Shown here one piece after another: positions 57,145 through 64,000 of a DNA stretch of 64,000 nt (within the stretch, counting starts at the first letter, position 1; each line of letters begins with the position of its first letter). Source of the DNA: Endomicrobiia bacterium. GTDB taxonomy: Bacteria; Elusimicrobiota; Endomicrobiia; DTEH01. The DNA lies in the NCBI GenBank assembly GCA_039630545.1, contig JBCNUU010000007.1, positions 1 through 64,000 on the forward strand. The letters run 5' to 3'. The notes under the pieces were generated by a model, which did not search any database, was not told the origin of the DNA, and saw only the letters and a program-made list of their open reading frames with translations. The position numbers and the translations under genes were made by a program.

Positions 57145-58224
57145 CTATCTTATTTTTAAAGAAGCTAATGTTAAAACAGCAAGTATAATTCCGATAATCC
57201 AAAATCTTGTTGTTACTTTTGCTTCATGGTATCCTTTAAGCTCATAATGATGATGTAGCGGTGCCATAAGAAAGATTCTTTTTTTAGTTTTTCTGTAATA
57301 AATTATTTGTAAAATTACAGATAATGATTCAATCACAAATATCCCACCAGCAACTATAAGCAGCAACTCCTGTTTGATAAAAATGGCAATAATTCCTAAA
57401 AGTCCACCTAGAAACAAAGAACCTGTATCTCCCATAAATATACTTGCTGGATAAGAGTTGTACCAAAGAAATCCCAATCCAGCTCCAATTAAACAAGCCA
57501 AAACTATGCTTAACTCTCCTGCACCAGAAACATATATTATTTTTAAATAAGAAGCCAATTTGTAGTTTCCTGCTACATAACTTAAAACTGAGTAAGCAAT
57601 ACTTGCAAAAATTACATTTCCAATTGCTAAACCATCTAAACCATCTGTTAAATTTATTCCGTTTGATGATCCAACAAAAGTTAGAATTATTATGAAAAAG
57701 TAAAAAATGCCCAGGTTAATAAATGTTTCTTTAAGATAAGGTATATGCAGATGGGTTGCATAGTTGAAGTTTTGAGGATAGATGTATAAATATAAACACA
57801 AAATCGCTCCGAAAATTATCTGAAAAAAAAGTTTTTGTTTTGCAGATATGCCTTTTGGATGTTTTTTAATAACTTTTAAATAGTCGTCCAGAAAACCTAA
57901 AACTCCTAAATAAATAAGACAAACAATACACCAGATTACGAATCTGTTTGGTCTTGCTGTTAATAAAGTTGAAATAAAAACAGAAAAAAGAATTACAAGT
58001 CCTCCCATAGTTGGGGTGTTTTGTTTTGAGAGGTGAGTTTTAGGGCCGTCTTCTCTTATTGTTTGTACAAATTGTTTTCTTTTTATAAATTTAATAAACT
58101 CAGGAAAAACAATTAAACATATCAAAAACCCAATCAAAAATCCTAAAAAAGCTCTAAATGTTATATACTTAAAAATATTCAACCAGGAAAAAATTTCTGA
58201 AAAATTTGATAAATAATAAATCAT
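57145..58224 (-). CDS. mraY: Phospho-MurNAc-pentapeptide transferase
   Basis: TPTMGG, LDDY, NLTDGLDGL, FMGDTGS, MAPLHHHYE. Confidence 0.97.
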   Translation of the reverse strand: MIYYLSNFSEIFSWLNIFKYITFRAFLGFLIGFLICLIVFPEFIKFIKRKQFVQTIREDGPKTHLSKQNTPTMGGLVILFSVFISTLLTARPNRFVIWCIVCLIYLGVLGFLDDYLKVIKKHPKGISAKQKLFFQIIFGAILCLYLYIYPQNFNYATHLHIPYLKETFINLGIFYFFIIILTFVGSSNGINLTDGLDGLAIGNVIFASIAYSVLSYVAGNYKLASYLKIIYVSGAGELSIVLACLIGAGLGFLWYNSYPASIFMGDTGSLFLGGLLGIIAIFIKQELLLIVAGGIFVIESLSVILQIIYYRKTKKRIFLMAPLHHHYELKGYHEAKVTTRFWIIGIILAVLTLASLKIR

Positions 58225-58228
58225 AATG

Positions 58229-59641
58229 TTAAGATGGTTTTATTTTTTCTACAATTTTCCATAAACCAATACCATGCGAAGACTTTATTAAGACTGTTAA
58301 ATTTTTGTTGTTTTCCAAAAATTCTTTAAAATCTTTAAAAAATTTATCATCAGCTGTTTGATAATAAAATACATTTTGTTTTGTTTTGATTGTATTGTAT
58401 AAATGTAAAATTTCATTTCCAACTAAAAATATATATTTTGTGTTTTTGAAATCAATATAATCTTTTAATTTTTTGTGTTCTATAGGTGAATTGTTGCCCA
58501 GTTCTAACATATCGCCCAACACTAAAACTCTTTTCTTATCACAGAAAATTTTTTGAAATTCTAAAATTGTTTTTTTCATAGAATCAGGGTTAGCATTATA
58601 ACTTTCATTTATAATTAAATTTTTATTTATTTTAAAACGCTCACCACGCATCGGTACTGGTTTAAATTTTTCTATAGTTTTTTTAATAGTTTGTTTGTCT
58701 ATGCCGCAAAAAAAAGCTAAAGTAGTTGCTGCTAAAATATTGTATATGTTATGTTCTCCCAAAAGATTTGTTTTTAGTTTTAATTCTTCAAAGAAATTGT
58801 TTGAGTGTATGAATGCCGTAAATGTGGTGTGCGTGGTTTTATATTTTATATCTTTTGCGTAAACATGTGCTGTTTTATTTTTTAGACTATACCATTTTAT
58901 GTTTATATTTTTTATTTTTTTTAGAAACTTATCATCTTTGTTTAGTATAGCAAAACCTTTGGAATTTAAATACTTTAAAATTTTTGTTTCTTCTTTAAAA
59001 ACTGTTTCAATGTCAGTTAAAAACTCTAAATGTTCTTTTGCAATATTTGTAATGACTACATAGTCAGGTTCTGTGGTTTTAGCTAAAATTTCCATTTCGT
59101 TAGGTAGAGATATTCCAAGTTCTGTGATACAAAAGTCTGTGTTTTTTGTTAAATTAAATAAAGTATAAGCTACACCTATTAAGTTATTCTGGTTGTCTTT
59201 AGATGCTACTGTATTATATTTAGCTGAAAATATTTCTTTAATTATCTCTTTTGTTGTTGTTTTACCATTGCTTCCTGCAACTGTGATCATTTTTAGATTT
59301 TTAAAAGATTTTCTATATAACCATGCTAAGTAATCTAAAGCTAAAGTTGTGTCATCTACTAGTATAAATTTATTTTTGTATTTATTGTTTATACAATCCT
59401 TTTGACTTATAACAACAAAATCAACTTTACTTATTATTTTAGGAATAAATCTGTGAGCATCAAAAAACTTGCCTTTTAACGCAAAAAAAATACCACCCTT
59501 CCCCTTATAACTGCGTGTATCAAGAGCTATTTTTGAAATATTATAGGAGTCATATAATGAGCAATTTTTTATAAAAGAGATTGTTTTAGGATATTTTAAG
59601 AATTCACTTAGTGGAATGGGCACATCTAATTTAAACTCCAT
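58229..59641 (-). CDS. murF: UDP-MurNAc-tripeptide--D-Ala-D-Ala ligase
   Basis: GSNGKTTTKE, ESYNANPDSM, GDMLELG. Confidence 0.94.
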   Translation of the reverse strand: MEFKLDVPIPLSEFLKYPKTISFIKNCSLYDSYNISKIALDTRSYKGKGGIFFALKGKFFDAHRFIPKIISKVDFVVISQKDCINNKYKNKFILVDDTTLALDYLAWLYRKSFKNLKMITVAGSNGKTTTKEIIKEIFSAKYNTVASKDNQNNLIGVAYTLFNLTKNTDFCITELGISLPNEMEILAKTTEPDYVVITNIAKEHLEFLTDIETVFKEETKILKYLNSKGFAILNKDDKFLKKIKNINIKWYSLKNKTAHVYAKDIKYKTTHTTFTAFIHSNNFFEELKLKTNLLGEHNIYNILAATTLAFFCGIDKQTIKKTIEKFKPVPMRGERFKINKNLIINESYNANPDSMKKTILEFQKIFCDKKRVLVLGDMLELGNNSPIEHKKLKDYIDFKNTKYIFLVGNEILHLYNTIKTKQNVFYYQTADDKFFKDFKEFLENNKNLTVLIKSSHGIGLWKIVEKIKPS

Positions 59642-59647
59642 AATTTT

Positions 59648-61174
59648 TCACTTTTTAAAAAATTCTTTTATTACTTCTCTTTCATCAAAAGGTATTTTTT
59701 TATCGCCTATAATTTGATAATTCTCATGACCTTTACCTGCCAGTAAAACTATATCGTTTGGTTGTGCTATACTTAAGGCTTTAAAAATAGCTTCTTTTCT
59801 GTCAACAATTATTTCATAATTTTTGTTTTCTGTCTTCTTTATACCTACCTCTATATCTAACAGAATTTTATTAGGATCTTCAGTTCTTGGGTTATCAGAT
59901 GTAACTATTACATAATCAGCTAACTGTGTAGCAATACTACCCATTACTGGACGTTTGCTTCTGTCTCTGTCTCCGCCACATCCAAAGACTACTATTAGTT
60001 TTCTGTGAGGAAGACTCTTTAAAGTACACAATACATTTTCTAAAGCATTTGGAGTATGTGCATAGTCAATTATTACACTGAAATTTAAAGGAGTAATTAT
60101 TTTTTCTAACCTTCCAGGAATATTTTCTACCTTTTTTATACCTTCTGCTATGTCTGAAACTTCTAAATTTTGGGAATAAGAAGCTGCAAATGCAGCTAAG
60201 ATATTGTATACATTAAATTCTCCTATCAGATGAGTGAAGATTTTTGCTTTCTTGTCTGAATTATATATTATTTCAAACTCAATAGAATTATTGTTATATT
60301 TTATGTTTGTTGCTATAAATTTTTGTGCATTATTTTTGTTTTTTAGACTTTTAGAATACAAAAAAATATTCTTTGTAGGACATAACTGTATTAATTTTTT
60401 GCCCCATTCGTCGTCGTAATTTATAATGCATGTTTTTTCGCCTAATTTTGAATTTTTAAAATACTCTTTTTTGTGTGGTGTCATTTCTTTAAATAAGATA
60501 CTTTTTGCTTTGAAATACTCTTCCATGTTACAATGATAATCTAAATGTTCAGGTGATAGGTTAGAAAAAATTGCGACATCAAACTCACATTCTTTTGTTC
60601 GCTGCTGAACTAAAGAATGTGATGAAACTTCCATAATTACCACTTCAACTTTTGCTTGAAGCATCTCATATAATAACTTTTGAAGATCAGATGAAAAGGG
60701 GGTAGTATTTTTTGCAGAGAATATCTTGTTTTCATACCTGTAGTTTATTGTACCTATCACTCCTGTTTTATATCCTGCTGTTTGAAATATTGATTCTAAT
60801 AAATAAGTTATTGTAGTTTTCCCATTTGTGCCAGTTACGCCTATTAAAATTAATTTCTTTGATGGGTTCTCATAGAAATTTGCAGAAATTTTTGCTAAGG
60901 CGTAGTTAGTGTCTTCTGTGACTATACATATCACATCTTTATAATTAAATTCTATTTTTTTGTTAGTGACTATTGCGTTAGCACCATTTTTTATGGCTTC
61001 GTCAATAAAAAGGTTACCATCTGTATGCTGTCCTGGTAAACATACAAACAAGTCACCTTTTTCTACTTCCTTTGAATTGTACTTTATTCCGGTGATTTGT
61101 CGGTCTATTAAATGTTTATTGTAAATTTCAATTATATTTATGCCGTTTATTATATCTTTAATAGATTTTTGCAT
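59648..61174 (-). CDS. murE: UDP-MurNAc-dipeptide--meso-DAP ligase
   Basis: GTNGKTT, MEVSSH, DYAHTP, GCGGDRD, DNPR (DAP-specific motif), GKGHE. Confidence 0.96.
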   Translation of the reverse strand: MQKSIKDIINGINIIEIYNKHLIDRQITGIKYNSKEVEKGDLFVCLPGQHTDGNLFIDEAIKNGANAIVTNKKIEFNYKDVICIVTEDTNYALAKISANFYENPSKKLILIGVTGTNGKTTITYLLESIFQTAGYKTGVIGTINYRYENKIFSAKNTTPFSSDLQKLLYEMLQAKVEVVIMEVSSHSLVQQRTKECEFDVAIFSNLSPEHLDYHCNMEEYFKAKSILFKEMTPHKKEYFKNSKLGEKTCIINYDDEWGKKLIQLCPTKNIFLYSKSLKNKNNAQKFIATNIKYNNNSIEFEIIYNSDKKAKIFTHLIGEFNVYNILAAFAASYSQNLEVSDIAEGIKKVENIPGRLEKIITPLNFSVIIDYAHTPNALENVLCTLKSLPHRKLIVVFGCGGDRDRSKRPVMGSIATQLADYVIVTSDNPRTEDPNKILLDIEVGIKKTENKNYEIIVDRKEAIFKALSIAQPNDIVLLAGKGHENYQIIGDKKIPFDEREVIKEFFKK

Positions 61175-62873
61175 AGTGAATTTTATTGTAATGATTTAAA
61201 ATCTGTAAAACTACATCTTTAAAAACAGGCACAGCCACTTCTGAGGCTAAAGTTCCTTTTTTGGGTTCATCTATGAATATACCTACAGTAAATTCAGAAT
61301 TTTCCATAGGGAAAAATCCACAACAACTCATAAAATATTTTGTGTCAGAGTACCTGTTTAATTCAAAATCAAATTTTTGTGCCGTTCCTGTTTTAGCACA
61401 AATTTTAATTCCAGGTATTTTTGCTCTTTGAGCACTTCCGTATTCTACTGTTTTGTATAACATGTTTTTTAAAATCTGACATGTTGAGTAAGAAAGTGTT
61501 CTTCTTATGCAGCAAGTTTTTCCCTTATATAATATGTTACCGTCTTCATCTATAATCTCTTTTACAATATAGGGTTGCAAAAGCTCACCATTTCTTGCTA
61601 TCATTGTGTATCCATTTACTATCTGCAAAGGAGTGGTGGTAAGACCCTGTCCAAAACTTACATTAAGAGGTGTAAGCAAGGAGTATAGTTTATCTGAAGT
61701 TTTTGGAATATATCCCTTTGCTTCAGTTGAAAATTCAATTCCAGTTGAATTTCCAAATCCTAGCATTCTTATTGAGTTAAAAAATTCTTTAGGTTTTAGA
61801 TATTTTAAAAAAAGTTTACTCATTCCAATATTTGAAGAGAAAACTATTATATCTTCTACAGAAAGAAATCTATGAGGTTTAACATCTGAAATTGTCTGTC
61901 CATAGTATAAAAATTTGCCGTTTTCGCAGTTAATTATTTCATTTTGTGTTGTAATTTTTTCTTCTAAAAAAATAGCCATTGGAAAAACTTTAAAAACAGA
62001 ACCCGGCTCATAACATATATCTGTTGCTGGATTTCTAAATGGAGTATCAGTTTCAGGAAGACAACTCATCACAAGAATTTCACCTGTATTTATACTTTGA
62101 ACTATACACATAATAAGTAAAGGATTATATAGCTCATAATATGTTTTCAAAACATTTTCAATTTTTGATTGTAATGAAAAATCTAATGTTAAAACAACTG
62201 TTGGATTTTTATTTTTTTCTGTAAACTCAATTACGTCTTTAATGTTTACTAATCTTATTGATTTTTTTCTTATACTGCCACTTCTGTAAATATCTATTTC
62301 TTTAGTTTTCATTTGTGCTAACACATCGTTAAGTTCCAGTTCTATCCCAGAATAAGGTATGCCTTCTTTATTTACTCTTCCAATTACATAACTTCCAGTT
62401 TTATCATAAGGATAAATTCTTACTGTGTATCTATTTATTTCAAGTCCAGGAATGTTTTCAAGTTTTGCAGCTTCAGAGAGTTCTAATTTTTCTGCTAAAC
62501 AAAATCTTTTATACTTTTTGCATATTTTTAAAATTTCATCTTTTTTTATATTAAGTACCGACTCTATTATAGCGAAATTATTTTCTACTATAATGGGTTT
62601 TCTTTTTGAAAAAATATTAATGCCTTCAAGAAAAGGTCTTGAGTTTATATACACATTTGCATATTCAACAGATGTAGCTATAATTTTTTTGTTTCTGTCT
62701 AAAATGTCTCCTCTTGGTATTGATATTCGTATTTTAGATGAAATTTGTCTTTCTATTTTAGGTTCAAATTCTTTTTTTTGCCATATTTGTATTATAAAAA
62801 GCCTTGTTATAAAAATTCCTGGCAAAATAATTAAGAAAAGTGTTTTTATAATAAACCATCTACTTTTGTTCAT
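61158..62873 (-). CDS. ftsI: Class B penicillin-binding protein FtsI
   Basis: RGDILDRN, EPGSVFK (SxxK), SSN, KTGTAQ. Confidence 0.92.
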   Translation of the reverse strand: MNKSRWFIIKTLFLIILPGIFITRLFIIQIWQKKEFEPKIERQISSKIRISIPRGDILDRNKKIIATSVEYANVYINSRPFLEGINIFSKRKPIIVENNFAIIESVLNIKKDEILKICKKYKRFCLAEKLELSEAAKLENIPGLEINRYTVRIYPYDKTGSYVIGRVNKEGIPYSGIELELNDVLAQMKTKEIDIYRSGSIRKKSIRLVNIKDVIEFTEKNKNPTVVLTLDFSLQSKIENVLKTYYELYNPLLIMCIVQSINTGEILVMSCLPETDTPFRNPATDICYEPGSVFKVFPMAIFLEEKITTQNEIINCENGKFLYYGQTISDVKPHRFLSVEDIIVFSSNIGMSKLFLKYLKPKEFFNSIRMLGFGNSTGIEFSTEAKGYIPKTSDKLYSLLTPLNVSFGQGLTTTPLQIVNGYTMIARNGELLQPYIVKEIIDEDGNILYKGKTCCIRRTLSYSTCQILKNMLYKTVEYGSAQRAKIPGIKICAKTGTAQKFDFELNRYSDTKYFMSCCGFFPMENSEFTVGIFIDEPKKGTLASEVAVPVFKDVVLQILNHYNKIHYAKIY

Positions 62874-63160
62874 TGCATTTTAATAATTGTTATATCTTTT
62901 TCAGATATAGGAACAAAATTTAATTCCCTTGCGAGAGTTTTTAGCCTTTTTTCATCTAAGAGTTTCTGAAATTCTATAGCTAATTTTTTGTTTTCGCTTT
63001 CTAAAATTGATATTTTGTCATAAGTTTCCTTTACTTTGTTTTGAAGATTAATTATTTCATATTGTTGTTTTAAATAAAAAATAAATAAAAGTAAAATTAA
63101 AGTATAAAAAAATATTCTATAAACTTTTAACTCTTTTTTGTTTCTTTTTTTAATTTTCAT
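62870..63160 (-). CDS. ftsL: FtsL-like cell division protein
   Basis: TM segment plus coiled coil, between rsmH and ftsI. Confidence 0.75.
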   Translation of the reverse strand: MKIKKRNKKELKVYRIFFYTLILLLFIFYLKQQYEIINLQNKVKETYDKISILESENKKLAIEFQKLLDEKRLKTLARELNFVPISEKDITIIKMQ

Positions 63161-64000
63161 ATTTTTTCGGCCACACGAAGTTTTGCACTTCTGGCTGATA
63201 GGTTATTTTTTATTTCCTCTACATCTGGAGTTATTGGTTTTTTTGTAAGAACTATACAGTCACCTCTAGCCTTAAACTTATTTTTTATGATTCTGTCTTC
63301 TAAAGAGTGATATGACAAAGCTATAACTTTTCCTTTTGGTTTAAGTACATCGATTGCTTCATCTAAACCTTTTTCTATATTTTCCAACTCATTATTTACA
63401 TAAATTCTTAATGCTTGGAATATTTTTGTAGCAGGATTAAATTTTATCTTTAGGGTTTCTTTATTAGATAAATAGAGATTTTTTTTATCTTTTCTTTTTA
63501 TTACGCTTGTAACTATTTCTGTAAGTTCTTTAGCTTTTGTAATTTTTTTGTGTTTTCTATATTCAACAATTTTTTTTGCTATTAAGCTGCATTTCTTTTC
63601 TTGACCATATTTATAAAAGATTTCTGAAAGTTGTTTTTCTGAAAAATTATTTAAGACATAGCTTGCTGTAACTGGATTTGATGATGGATCAAATCTCATG
63701 TCTAATGTGTCATCATTAAAACTAAAACCTCTTTTGCTTCTTAATTGTAGCATAGACAAACCAAAATCAAATATAACTCCATCTACTTTTTCTATATTTA
63801 AATTCTCAAGAATTTTTTTGATGTTAATAAAATTTTCTTTCACTATTGTTAGTTTATTTTCAAAGACGAAATTTTTTAATCTTTGTTTGGCAAATTCAAT
63901 AGCTTCGGAGTCTAATTCAATACCTATAACTTTACAGTTACTACATTTTTCAAATATTTTAATGGTATGACCACCACATCCTAAAGTAGCATCTACATAT
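63157..64000 (-). CDS. rsmH: 16S rRNA C1402 methyltransferase (5' end outside window)
   Basis: Frame is open to the window edge: DATLGCGGH, RGFSF, LDMR, FQALRIYVN, SYHSLEDR, ARSAKLR. Confidence 0.96.
   Translation of the reverse strand, partial: YVDATLGCGGHTIKIFEKCSNCKVIGIELDSEAIEFAKQRLKNFVFENKLTIVKENFINIKKILENLNIEKVDGVIFDFGLSMLQLRSKRGFSFNDDTLDMRFDPSSNPVTASYVLNNFSEKQLSEIFYKYGQEKKCSLIAKKIVEYRKHKKITKAKELTEIVTSVIKRKDKKNLYLSNKETLKIKFNPATKIFQALRIYVNNELENIEKGLDEAIDVLKPKGKVIALSYHSLEDRIIKNKFKARGDCIVLTKKPITPDVEEIKNNLSARSAKLRVAEKI

Noticed and set aside
5274..63970. Many short antisense or alternate-frame ORFs in the track (e.g. 5274-5510, 35229-35633, 54174-54623, 62425-62883)
   Set aside because: They lie within well-supported genes, lack RBS or motifs, and show shadow-ORF composition.
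1..64000. cas genes, toxin-antitoxin or restriction systems, IS elements, rRNA
   Set aside because: No supporting motifs recognised; the HD protein at 3177 lacks Cas3 helicase context and lies in a housekeeping operon.

Overview
Very AT-rich bacterial chromosome segment from a diderm (Gram-negative-type) organism that is probably anaerobic and possibly thermophilic. The gene content is reminiscent of Elusimicrobiota, but that is inference only. The window opens in the trailer end of a CRISPR array (7 intact 30-bp repeats plus 1 degenerate; no cas genes in view). Housekeeping genes follow: tyrS, maf, xerD, dnaN-dciA (separated from dnaA), glmM-pdxJ-glmS, an ABC exporter, a 1694-aa surface protein with a T9SS-type C-terminal domain and a frameshifted PorV-like partner, then ruvX-mltG-nadK-rlmN-ogg-acpS-nnrD. 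From 24.6 to 43.4 kb lies a ~19-kb Fur/PerR-headed oxidative-stress/iron island: rubredoxin fusion, rubrerythrin, peroxiredoxin, FprA, desulfoferrodoxin, ferritins, TrxB, PDO, VIT1, ZIP, ferredoxins, an orphan carotenoid desaturase, several small Cys-rich proteins absent from the ORF track, and an exported SOR-like protein. Next come tsaE-tsaB, a BldC/Xis-like HTH gene preceded by eight 10-bp phased repeats, a divergent KamA-like radical SAM enzyme, a Lys-rich tandem-duplicated protein, tRNA-Ala(GGC), a GAF-HD-GYP-PilZ protein and a ThiI-like enzyme. The minus strand at the right end carries a partial dcw cluster (rsmH to murG) running into pyrR-pyrB-pyrC-pyrK. The most novel-looking elements are the HTH/10-bp-array/KamA-like module, the internal rubredoxin start, the exported SOR-like protein and the microproteins. 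All family calls come from motif recognition by eye; no database searches were run.
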